Shown here: piece by piece, positions 27,840 to 35,929 of the stretch | Numbering within the stretch: the stretch's first letter is position 1 | Layout of the letters: each line of letters opens with the position of its first letter | IMG/VR virus record: IMGVR_UViG_3300031772_000050 | Location: 1-51,429 of that record | Direction: 5' to 3' (one strand) | Origin: a virus | Taxonomy: Duplodnaviria > Caudoviricetes | Length of the DNA: 51,429 bases | Program-made: the position numbers and the translations under genes | The notes under the pieces: generated by a model | What the model was told of the DNA's origin: nothing | Databases searched by the model: none | Seen by the model: only the letters and a program-made list of their open reading frames with translations

Positions 27840-28078
27840 ACGCTTTTTGGTCCTCCAGGGTATTCGTCTTCACAACTCATAATGGTATAAAACTGCTTCA
27901 TAAAAGCCTTAGCCGCACTGCGCGGTAAAAGAATAGTAGCAACAGGTATCAACATCTCCTTTCCATCAGGGGCTTTCCCTTCATTCCAAAAAAACCGTAG
28001 TATAACCAATACGGCAGGTTCACCCTTTGCGGTAAGGGTCTTTATCTCACAGCCAGTCGCAAATATGGGGGCTAAAAT
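27836..28078 (-). CDS. Unlisted 80-aa protein with putative ATT start
   Basis: AGGAGG-ATAAA-ATT then an open frame (M)LAPIFATGCEIKT..PVATILLPRSAAKAF ending in an ATGA overlap with the next gene. Confidence 0.6.
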   Translation of the reverse strand: MLAPIFATGCEIKTLTAKGEPAVLVILRFFWNEGKAPDGKEMLIPVATILLPRSAAKAFMKQFYTIMSCEDEYPGGPKSV

Positions 28079-28087
28079 TTTATCCTC

Positions 28088-29713
28088 CTACATAGAACGA
28101 GCAGGTTCGTAAGGCTTCTTGTCCTCTTCCGGCTTCTCTACGACCAGAACTTCCGTGGTTAAAGCTAATCCTGCAAGGCTCGTGGCATTCTGTAAGGTAT
28201 ACCGCACAACCTTGACCGGGTCTATAACCCCGAGCTTAATCATGTCGCCATACTTCAACCGCAGCACATCAAGACCGTAGTTGGAGTTCTTCTTGTTCTT
28301 GATAACCGACAGAACATCCGAGCCATCCAACCCGGCGTTTCCTACAATCGTGCGTAGGGGCACGCTAAGGACTTCCTCTATAATCTCAAAGCCGACTGCC
28401 TCCTCATGGATTAGCTTGGCCGGGGCTTGGATCTTCTGACCACACCGGAATAGGGCTACCCCACCCCCCGGCACTATACCTTCCTCTATGGCAGCGCGAG
28501 TGGCATGCAGGGCATCCTCGACCCTCATCTTCTTCTCACGCATTTCGGTCTCCGTAACCGCGCCTACCTTAAGGACTGCTACACCGGCCGTCAGCTTGGC
28601 AAGACGCTCTTGGAGCTTCTCCTTATCGTAGTCACTTTCCGAGAGGTTAATCTCGTTCTTAATCTCGCCTATCCGTGCGTCTATGTTCGCCTTGTCGCCG
28701 TTACCTTGAATAAAGACCGTGCTTTCCTTCCCGGACTCAAATGTACCGCAAGTCCCCAAATCTTCAAGACCTATCTCCTTAATATCCTGACCGAGTTCAT
28801 CTGAAACTACCTTCGTCCCGAGGTATATCGCTATATCTTCAAGCATATCCTTACGGCGATCCCCGTATCCGGGAGCCTTCACAACCGCTATGCTCTGACC
28901 ACCCTTCACGCGGTTAAGGATAAGTGTACTAAGGGCACCCCCCGTTACCTCATTGGCTATGATGACAAACGGCCGGGTCGCCTTAATGGTCTTCTCAAAT
29001 ATAGGTACTACGTCTTCCGCGTTACGCAAGTCCTTCGTAGTAACCAAGACAAGAGGCTTCTTATATATGGCCTGTAGTCGCTGGCCGTTCGTTATAAAGT
29101 AAGGGCTTACCAGACCCTCCGATAGCGTCATGCCCTCTACCACATCAAGATAGGTCTCTGAGGAAGAACTATCCTCAAGGGTAATAACCCCGTCCTCACC
29201 CACCTTGTCTATGGCTTTGGTTATAAGGTCGCCTATTAACTTCTCATTATTGGCTGCCACTGTAGCAACGTTCATTATAGATTTCCGATTGCCGGAGATC
29301 TTATCTGACATTACCGTAAGGCAGTTCACCACTTCCTCTACAGCTATATCCATACCACGTTTAAGCATGATAGGATTGATACCAGCCGATAAAGCCTTCA
29401 ACCCGGCCGTATAGATGGCCTGAGCCAGCACTACCGCGGTCGTAGTACCGTCTCCACACGTCTCTACGGTCTTACCGGCAACTTCCTTCCCCATATTAGC
29501 CCCGATATTCTCAAAGGGGTCTTCAAGTACTATCTGCCGCGCTACCGTAACACCGTCCTTCGTAACTGTAGGCGGTAGAAACTTGTTCTCAAAGACTACA
29601 TTCCGACCCTTGGGACCTAAGGTAACCTTTACCGCGTCTGCCAGCGTATCAAGTCCTCTCTTGATAGCGGCGCGTGCCTCCTCACGATACAATAAGAGCT
29701 TAAAACCTTGCAT
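28088..29713 (-). CDS. groEL: Chaperonin GroEL (cpn60)
   Basis: TLGPKGRNV, TKDGVTVA, GDGTTTA, KAPGYGDRRK, KLQERLAKL and EEGIVPGGG. Full length, 541 aa. Confidence 0.98.
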   Translation of the reverse strand: MQGFKLLLYREEARAAIKRGLDTLADAVKVTLGPKGRNVVFENKFLPPTVTKDGVTVARQIVLEDPFENIGANMGKEVAGKTVETCGDGTTTAVVLAQAIYTAGLKALSAGINPIMLKRGMDIAVEEVVNCLTVMSDKISGNRKSIMNVATVAANNEKLIGDLITKAIDKVGEDGVITLEDSSSSETYLDVVEGMTLSEGLVSPYFITNGQRLQAIYKKPLVLVTTKDLRNAEDVVPIFEKTIKATRPFVIIANEVTGGALSTLILNRVKGGQSIAVVKAPGYGDRRKDMLEDIAIYLGTKVVSDELGQDIKEIGLEDLGTCGTFESGKESTVFIQGNGDKANIDARIGEIKNEINLSESDYDKEKLQERLAKLTAGVAVLKVGAVTETEMREKKMRVEDALHATRAAIEEGIVPGGGVALFRCGQKIQAPAKLIHEEAVGFEIIEEVLSVPLRTIVGNAGLDGSDVLSVIKNKKNSNYGLDVLRLKYGDMIKLGVIDPVKVVRYTLQNATSLAGLALTTEVLVVEKPEEDKKPYEPARSM

Positions 29714-29728
29714 AATACTCCTCCTTGT

Positions 29729-29773
29729 TTAACTACGGTTAGCCTTACAAGCCTGACACTTCTTTAGTCTCAT
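29729..29773 (-). CDS. 14-aa upstream ORF MRLKKCQACKANRS
   Basis: AAGGTGA SD, ends just before the groEL SD. Confidence 0.35.
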   Translation of the reverse strand: MRLKKCQACKANRS

Positions 29774-29817
29774 GTATCACCTTTAATTACTTATTAGTTC
29801 TTTATCGGTAATTAGAA

Positions 29818-29908
29818 TGAGCAGGAAGGGTGTCGAACCCCCTTTATCCACAATCGCAGTATCATAAATGTTATCACGTGATTCACTTATGACCTTCGCT
29901 ACCTGCCC
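29818..29908 (-). ncRNA. tRNA-like element (acceptor and T arms intact, D and anticodon arms aberrant)
   Basis: GGGCAGG/CCTGCTC acceptor plus A, T8A9, and GGGGG-TTCGACA-CCCTT T arm. Confidence 0.6.
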
Positions 29909-29923
29909 ATGTTATCAATTAGA

Positions 29924-30123
29924 GTGAGCAACCCGACAGTTGGTAACTGCTGATGGCGTTATCTTTTTATCGCCAGACTATACCACAGGGTATAGCGGGC
30001 ATATAACACTCGGGGCAGGCTGTTCTTGTTGCCCACTGAAGGGCGAGCCTGCATTTGACCACTTGCCATGTGGCACCTTTCCCTTTGTTCATCTTGGACA
30101 CCGCTGTCCACGGGATTGCTCAC
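29924..30123. ncRNA. Candidate 200-nt multi-hairpin structured RNA
   Basis: 12-bp closing stem GTGAGCAACCCG/CGGGATTGCTCAC enclosing about seven hairpins, filling an intergenic gap. Confidence 0.6.
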
Positions 30124-30125
30124 CG

Positions 30126-30272
30126 TTACTCTCCAAAGATTTCTTTATAAATATCTTTAAGCGTACGCTCAGGTTGTTTATGTTTCTCCCTATTCTGCGG
30201 AGCTTTAAATGTAACTATCCCCTGTTCTCGTTTACTCGTTCCAAGACTACGCTTCCATCCTGTTTTAGCCAT
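30126..30272 (-). CDS. 48-aa basic protein
   Basis: MAKTGWKRSLG start after GGAG SD. Confidence 0.5.
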   Translation of the reverse strand: MAKTGWKRSLGTSKREQGIVTFKAPQNREKHKQPERTLKDIYKEIFGE

Positions 30273-30876
30273 ATTGGTCTCCATAGTTATAGTAGCCCAC
30301 CCAGACCTTTCAGCTCTTGGCGGCAGGTCTATGTTGGCTACCAAATTTCTATCTTTGTTCTTTGACTATCCCTTGAAGCCATTTTACTACATTTTTTATG
30401 CTTACAATATGCCTCTTGGTATTCACATTTAGGACAGCCCTCCTCCCATTCCCAAGTATGTCGTATATGTTTTTTATTTTTTCTCTTCATAGTGTTCACA
30501 TTCCTTATAACTCTTGTCCCAGTAATACATACAAACATATTTTTGGAGTGGAATTTTATGATAATCAACACAACATTCTGGATGCTCGATTATTTCCCAA
30601 ATCATTTGAGGCTTGATATGTAAATATTTACAGTGAATTATTTTATCTTCGTGTGCCAAGATTCCATCCTTTCGGTAGTGGGCTAATCAGATACATCAAA
30701 CTCAGTACCTTTCCGATTTGCCTTGCGAAAGGATTTTTTACAAATACTACTACAATATATTCCTTTTAAGATAGTCTTTTCGCACCATAGGCACGTCTTT
30801 TTATAAGGATAATGTCTTGAAATTTCTTCTTGTCTTTCTTCTAATGTTTTCATCACACCCTCCCTTTCAACTGGTG

Positions 30877-31074
30877 CTACATAATATCTGTGGTCCCCGA
30901 GCCGATATATGTAGTTGAATCTGTTTTATTTTCTATCATTTTTTGTAGGTAACCTATAAGATGTTTATGTTCTTTAAGAGTAAGCCATTCACATCTTTTT
31001 AAGCCATTTATAGCAGTTGCGGCACACTCCCATAAACATTGATTTGTCCTATCCCATGTTCGGCTTCGCTTCAT
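30877..31074 (-). CDS. Hypothetical cassette gene
   Basis: 65 aa, GAGGAG SD. Confidence 0.55.
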   Translation of the reverse strand: MKRSRTWDRTNQCLWECAATAINGLKRCEWLTLKEHKHLIGYLQKMIENKTDSTTYIGSGTTDIM

Positions 31075-31106
31075 TTCTCTATCTCCTCTTTCAACTGGTG
31101 CTCCCC

Positions 31107-31310
31107 TTACTTATCTTCCTGTTCTTCACAATGAAACATAAGTATATATTCATTGGTCTTCTCATTATACTCGTAACACTCATCTACTACTGCTTGTAGG
31201 GGGACACTTTCAAGGTCTTTCATAAAATCCACAAGAGAAGTACCCATCCTAAAAGTTATCTTGTGCTTTGTCCGGATTATTTTTATTTCAAGTTCTTTGG
31301 TATAACTCAT
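31107..31310 (-). CDS. Hypothetical cassette gene
   Basis: 67 aa, strong SD. Confidence 0.55.
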   Translation of the reverse strand: MSYTKELEIKIIRTKHKITFRMGTSLVDFMKDLESVPLQAVVDECYEYNEKTNEYILMFHCEEQEDK

Positions 31311-31377
31311 TTTCTCTCCCTACCTCCTTTTTTACCTATCAACTGGTGCTCCCCAAGACACAGAGGGAGCATAATGG

Positions 31378-31611
31378 TTACTCTACTGGCTCATAGGTTG
31401 CTTCAAATATATCAGGCTTACAGGGATACTTCTCACTTTTCACGCCCGTTATAATCCAGTCCCCTTTATCTACTCTCATTACTCCTTCAAGAGTGTCAAT
31501 ATAACACCATGAAGGCTTAGTTGAACCGTATTTGTAACAACCGTCAGGCAATGTGCGACCATTCCATTGAACTGCTTCAATTACTATTGGTTTCTTCCTG
31601 TATTTTTTCAC
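31378..31611 (-). CDS. Conserved phage protein (KYRKKP..TLEG..GDWII..YPCKPDIF family), possible Acb4-like nucleotide sponge
   Basis: The family motif is complete. The Acb4 link is from recall and needs an HMM check. Confidence 0.65.
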   Translation of the reverse strand: MKKYRKKPIVIEAVQWNGRTLPDGCYKYGSTKPSWCYIDTLEGVMRVDKGDWIITGVKSEKYPCKPDIFEATYEPVE

Positions 31612-31636
31612 CCCTACCTCCTCTTTTACCTGCGGG

Positions 31637-31918
31637 TTAGTTGCCTAATTCTTCCAGCACTTTATCAATAGCGGCGTTCCAATCCTTTATCTCACAGTTT
31701 TTGCGAGACCTAAAATAAATAGAGCATAAAGGTTTCCGTAGCCCCTCAACCAATTCTCTGATGGAGGCGAGGCAAACCTCCATGTTCTCTATACCAGTAA
31801 ATTCGTTATCGTGCTGGCAATAATCACCACCACAGCAACCTAAATGATGTTTATTCAGTATCTTCCTCAACCTACCCTCTGCCATCTCCGCCTCCTGGTT
31901 CCCCATACACAATATCAA
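31637..31918 (-). CDS. Hypothetical protein
   Basis: Likely start MAEGRL after AGGAGG. Confidence 0.5.
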   Translation of the reverse strand: MILCMGNQEAEMAEGRLRKILNKHHLGCCGGDYCQHDNEFTGIENMEVCLASIRELVEGLRKPLCSIYFRSRKNCEIKDWNAAIDKVLEELGN

Positions 31919-32093
31919 GGTGGTTCTTCAGCTTGGTATTCTCTGCCCGTAGCCTCTCCACCTCATCCAGGGCTTCCAGGGCGGTTTGGAGGATATTATT
32001 ACTATTCTTATCCCGACAATAGAAGATATTGCCTCTACTAAGAAAATCTTTCAATCCTTCCCTCGCCTCTCTTATATCTTCAGGGCTAATCAT
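31872..32093 (-). CDS. Hypothetical coiled-coil protein
   Basis: ALDEVERLRAEN pattern. Confidence 0.5.
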   Translation of the reverse strand: MISPEDIREAREGLKDFLSRGNIFYCRDKNSNNILQTALEALDEVERLRAENTKLKNHLDIVYGEPGGGDGRG

Positions 32094-32632
32094 GGCTCAA
32101 ATCTCCTCAATCTTTGCGCTAACTCTTTTATATTTTTCTTCTGCCAGCCATTAGGATTATCTGGCTGGTCTTGACTACCAAAAAACATCAAGGCATATGA
32201 AGGAATTATCATACCCATTGTATTCAAAGTTAGAGCAAGATTTTCCAAGATATTCGTTGCGCCACCTCCAGGAGAAACGGCTATAATTCCTAACTTTTTA
32301 CCTTCCAAAAGAACACTATTGTTATCCCAATCAATATGCTCCGTAAGCATATCTATAAAGTTCTTGAGTTGGCCTGGTATGTTAAACCAATAAGTTGGAG
32401 TAGCGATAACAATACTATCGGCCTCTTCCATGTCTTTGATAAAAGGATACCAAAGCGGCTTTCTCATTAAATTGCCGTCATGCGGAAAAAAAGCATAATC
32501 ATAAAGATTTACCCTTATGATTGTTACCTGTTTACCTGCCTCCTTCTCAAAGATAGTCAATAATTTATCTACCGTACCCTTTTTGAGAGGAGAAGCATTT
32601 ATTGTAACTATTGATTTCCTTTTCTTCTTCAC
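32090..32632 (-). CDS. NAD(P)H-dependent FMN reductase / flavodoxin-family protein
   Basis: INASPLKKGT, ADSIVIATPTYWFNIPGQLKNFID and LEGKKLGII..GGG. Confidence 0.88.
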   Translation of the reverse strand: MKKKRKSIVTINASPLKKGTVDKLLTIFEKEAGKQVTIIRVNLYDYAFFPHDGNLMRKPLWYPFIKDMEEADSIVIATPTYWFNIPGQLKNFIDMLTEHIDWDNNSVLLEGKKLGIIAVSPGGGATNILENLALTLNTMGMIIPSYALMFFGSQDQPDNPNGWQKKNIKELAQRLRRFEP

Positions 32633-32895
32633 GGCTTCACCTCATCAAACAGCTTATCCAGGGCTTGCTTGACTTCCTCAAGGCAAACATTATGACCATA
32701 AGTTTCGCCTTGAATATACTCATTATCTTGCCTATCCCCTGCTATTTCGAGAGGCATCGCCTTCTTCACCTCCTGCTTGATGGCAAGGAGGGCTTTATCT
32801 AATACTTCTGTCTTATCTTTCATGCCGATTACAGGGCTAAACGTTGCGTAATGCCATTTATTGCCAAAGTCTGCTATTATTTCTCTAATACTCAT
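32629..32895 (-). CDS. Mosaic small protein, paralog A
   Basis: Shares MSIR, LLAIKQEVKK and QALDKLFDEV with 33218..33481. Confidence 0.65.
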   Translation of the reverse strand: MSIREIIADFGNKWHYATFSPVIGMKDKTEVLDKALLAIKQEVKKAMPLEIAGDRQDNEYIQGETYGHNVCLEEVKQALDKLFDEVKP

Positions 32896-33217
32896 ACTGC
32901 CCTCCCTTACTCGTTCGAAATATAACCAAGTAAAAACCCGAGACCAAACATTATTAGTCCAAAAATTAATCCATTAAACCACACTTGGTAAGCACTCATA
33001 CTACGACGCCTCCTTATATCTACTAATCTTTTCTACCGCTTGCTCTCATAGCCACCTGTGAATAAAAGTAGCCATAATAATGCCCACACCTTACAATGAC
33101 AAGCACATACGATAATTACTACATCAACAATAACTACCCCCCAGTTTATCTTCACTCACTCCCCCTCATCCCATAACCAAATAGCGGTTGCTCCCCATAT
33201 ATCGGTTCTGTCTTTTG

Positions 33218-33481
33218 TCATGGCCTCACCTCATCAAACAGCTTATCCAGGGCTTGCCTTATCTCGGTCTTGGCTTGGTTATAGGCATCATCTAAATCAT
33301 GTCGGTTAAAGTTTTCATAGTTTTCTCCCTCTGTGCTTCTATCTTCCCCTACCACCTTCTTCACCTCCTGCTTGATAGCGAGGAGGACAACATCTATTCT
33401 TCCACCTTTTCTACAAGCTAAACAAGCACAAGGTTGGAAATGGTTTTCAATCATTTTTAAGAGTATTTTTCTAATACTCAT
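33218..33481 (-). CDS. Mosaic small protein, paralog B
   Basis: Paralog of 32629..32895. Confidence 0.65.
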   Translation of the reverse strand: MSIRKILLKMIENHFQPCACLACRKGGRIDVVLLAIKQEVKKVVGEDRSTEGENYENFNRHDLDDAYNQAKTEIRQALDKLFDEVRP

Positions 33482-33532
33482 ACTGCCTCCTTACTCTGCC
33501 AACAATATGGTTCATATTCCCCTCTCCTTCTT

Positions 33533-33730
33533 TTACTCTTCTATAAATATTCGTTCTAACTCATCTAAACATTCTTTTATTGACCACATAGCGCGTGCAT
33601 CTGGGAGATGAAATCTTAACCATTCTAAATATTTTTGATGTATTTCATCCGCTAAAGTTTTATCACTTCTATATATATTACCATGACGTTTTTTTATCTG
33701 GTCAATAACCGAATCTCTTATTTTATCCAT
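33533..33730 (-). CDS. Hypothetical protein
   Basis: 65 aa, GGGAG SD. Confidence 0.5.
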   Translation of the reverse strand: MDKIRDSVIDQIKKRHGNIYRSDKTLADEIHQKYLEWLRFHLPDARAMWSIKECLDELERIFIEE

Positions 33731-33758
33731 TTCTCCCTACTCTTTCTCCTCATCCCAG

Positions 33759-34424
33759 TTACGATAGGTGGTCATTCAACCGCTTGATTACCTCGTTAAT
33801 CTTATCCTTACACATCAGCGTTGCTTCATCAGTAGGAGGATAAGTAAAGTAGAGAGGCTCAACCTTCCCCACCTTCTCCTGCGGCTTCTCATTTCCATGT
33901 ATAGGACATTCTTCGTACTCATCTATTCTATCGCAACCACATTGGTATTCCTGCGGCTTCTCTGGCACATGCATTATAAGGCCGTCGTGCTTGGCTGGCT
34001 CATCCAGACGTGGGTCATGTTCCACACAAAACTTATTCCTTGTAGTAGGTGTATTACATCCTACTTGTTGACAGACATTGTAGTATTTCTCCTCACCCTT
34101 GCCATAGACAGTATCAAAGATAGTTTTAGCCGCTTCGGTATAGGGGCGGTTATAGATTATTTCTTCCATTTTCTGTAGTTCCATCTGCCTCGGGATACCC
34201 CCAGCTTGAAGGATGTCATCAGCAAACTTCAACAAATCCTCCCTTAGCCAGGGTATTTCCTCGCCTAATGCGTCTGCTAACTTGTCCCTACTCAACTCCT
34301 TCCCCTGTGCCTCGCTATCCCCCCAGATTTCACGGGCGAGGCGAATGGCATCGAAATCATACAACTCACCCTGTATTCCATACAACTCCTTTACCCTCTT
34401 CTCAAACTGCTCAATTTTACTCAT
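33759..34424 (-). CDS. Mosaic hypothetical protein
   Basis: Shares MSK..FE.R, RLAREIWG and AQGK.LSR with 34844..35407. Confidence 0.65.
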   Translation of the reverse strand: MSKIEQFEKRVKELYGIQGELYDFDAIRLAREIWGDSEAQGKELSRDKLADALGEEIPWLREDLLKFADDILQAGGIPRQMELQKMEEIIYNRPYTEAAKTIFDTVYGKGEEKYYNVCQQVGCNTPTTRNKFCVEHDPRLDEPAKHDGLIMHVPEKPQEYQCGCDRIDEYEECPIHGNEKPQEKVGKVEPLYFTYPPTDEATLMCKDKINEVIKRLNDHLS

Positions 34425-34843
34425 TTCTCCTCCCCATTACCACCCACACATTCATCACCATGCACAACACCACTCCCACTAACCCTATCCACTCTCTCAT
34501 CGTTATCATAGTATCACCCTTCCATCTCCACTCTCCACCCCAAGTGGGTGTTTACTTTCATCTAAGGAAATGGGTTTCTCCCTCCAATCTACCTTCACCC
34601 AGGGCGACTCCTCCCTGCCACACACCCTACTCCTTCCACCCTCCACCACAATGCCCTTCCCCTGCCTTCTCGCCAACTCATAATCTATGTGGTGGGTCAG
34701 GTGGTTCAGTCCAGCAAAGGAAAGGGGGAAGTTGGGTATCTGGTACGCAACGCTATCTATTAAGTACCCAATTCCATCTTTAACAGACAATAGTTGCCTT
34801 TCATCCATCAGTGATAACATTACATCTATCTCACTGCTGTGTG

Positions 34844-35407
34844 TCAGCACACTACATCCTTCATTGTACACTTCCATACCTCCTCCTTCATCTCCCTCTG
34901 TGTCCCTAAATACTCTTTCCAATGCTTATCACAAAGAAGGAGGGCGTCGAATGCTCTATTTAACTCTCCTTGCGACCATTCGGGCTGACCGTCATCTTCA
35001 TTTATTGTGGGTACAAACTCACACATGATAGCTCTAAACTCTACCCTACTCAACCTCTTCCCCTGTGCCTGGGCGAGTTGCTTCTTGAGGGAGACGAGTT
35101 CAGAACCTTGCTCATTATATAGTCGTTTTAACCCAGAATATACTCCTTCTGCCAGTTGTGCTTTTGCCCATAAGTCTCTATACTCCTCCATCTCCGCCTT
35201 CAACTTCTTATTTTCTGCTTCAAGTTCTCTTATTCTGTCGCACCACTCTTGAGCTTTCATTTTATAGTATGCTAAATCGTTTTTGTCCTCACCTCCCCAA
35301 ATCTCACGGGCGAGGCGAAGGGCTTCATCAAACATGGCTTTCCTGCGGTGGATTTTACTTTCATAAGCGTGTTGTAACCTCTCCTCAAAATCCGTTAGCT
35401 TGCTCAT
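34844..35407 (-). CDS. Mosaic coiled-coil hypothetical protein
   Basis: Paralog of 33759..34424. Confidence 0.65.
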   Translation of the reverse strand: MSKLTDFEERLQHAYESKIHRRKAMFDEALRLAREIWGGEDKNDLAYYKMKAQEWCDRIRELEAENKKLKAEMEEYRDLWAKAQLAEGVYSGLKRLYNEQGSELVSLKKQLAQAQGKRLSRVEFRAIMCEFVPTINEDDGQPEWSQGELNRAFDALLLCDKHWKEYLGTQREMKEEVWKCTMKDVVC

Positions 35408-35715
35408 TTAAGCCCCTCCTTTAACCGTTTATCCAATTCTGCCTGTAGGTAACGGCTTGCGAAAAACTTTACCTTCAAGCGCGGTGGTATGCGGAGAGGA
35501 GTTCCCATAAACGGGTGCCGACCCATACGCGCCTTTGTTACGTAGACCCTGAAATTACCAAAGTCCCGTATCTCGATACGATCACCCATAATCAGAGCAT
35601 TAGCCATGACCGGGAACAACTCCCTCAATACTGCCTTTAACATGTTGACCGAATACTTACCTTTGGTATTCTCCTTTATCAGCTTACAAAGTGTCTCCTG
35701 ACCGTATGTCATCAT
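35404..35715 (-). CDS. HU/IHF family DNA-binding protein
   Basis: GDRIEIRDFGNF....ARMGRHP.MG....IP....VKF. Confidence 0.9.
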   Translation of the reverse strand: MMTYGQETLCKLIKENTKGKYSVNMLKAVLRELFPVMANALIMGDRIEIRDFGNFRVYVTKARMGRHPFMGTPLRIPPRLKVKFFASRYLQAELDKRLKEGLK

Positions 35716-35722
35716 TGCTTTG

Positions 35723-35929
35723 TTATCTCCTTTCGTCTATATTTAGCTTTCCAACTACATAGTCAATGTATTGACTGTAAACTTCTGTGCTGTAAGGAAT
35801 AATCTTTTCTTCTTCCATGCGCCTAATTATTTTCTTACAGGCTTCATAACAACGCCATTCGTTAAAATCATACTCCCCAGGATTATCTATAAAATTCTGG
35901 ATCTCGGTATCTATCTCGCGTGTTATCAT
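35723..35929 (-). CDS. Hypothetical protein
   Basis: 68 aa. Confidence 0.5.
   Translation of the reverse strand: MITREIDTEIQNFIDNPGEYDFNEWRCYEACKKIIRRMEEEKIIPYSTEVYSQYIDYVVGKLNIDERR

Larger units (their letters stand above)
30867..31354. repeat. Three intergenic TCAACTGGTGCT repeats separating small gene cassettes
   Basis: Exact 12-mers at 30867, 31091 and 31339, each upstream (minus-strand sense) of an SD. Confidence 0.75.

Noticed and set aside
28088-28090. Genome-wide TAG or TGA recoding
   Set aside because: Many genes end cleanly at TAG or TGA with coupled downstream starts, and long genes have no internal stops.
29818-29908. Functional tRNA-His
   Set aside because: A GTG loop is present, but there is no anticodon stem, normal D arm or G-1.
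29924-30123. RNase P RNA, 6S, SRP or tmRNA identity
   Set aside because: GGGAAAGGTGCCACA loosely recalls RNase P, but both P4 strands are missing. There is no SRP GGAA domain, rod-like 6S shape or tag ORF.
30860-33500. CRISPR array or diversity-generating retroelement
   Set aside because: Repeats are short, irregularly spaced and separated by genes. There is no reverse transcriptase or adenine-specific TR/VR pair.
34506-34922. Confident functional call for the 138-aa ORF
   Set aside because: Start is ambiguous, it overlaps the neighbouring gene and shows no recognisable motif.
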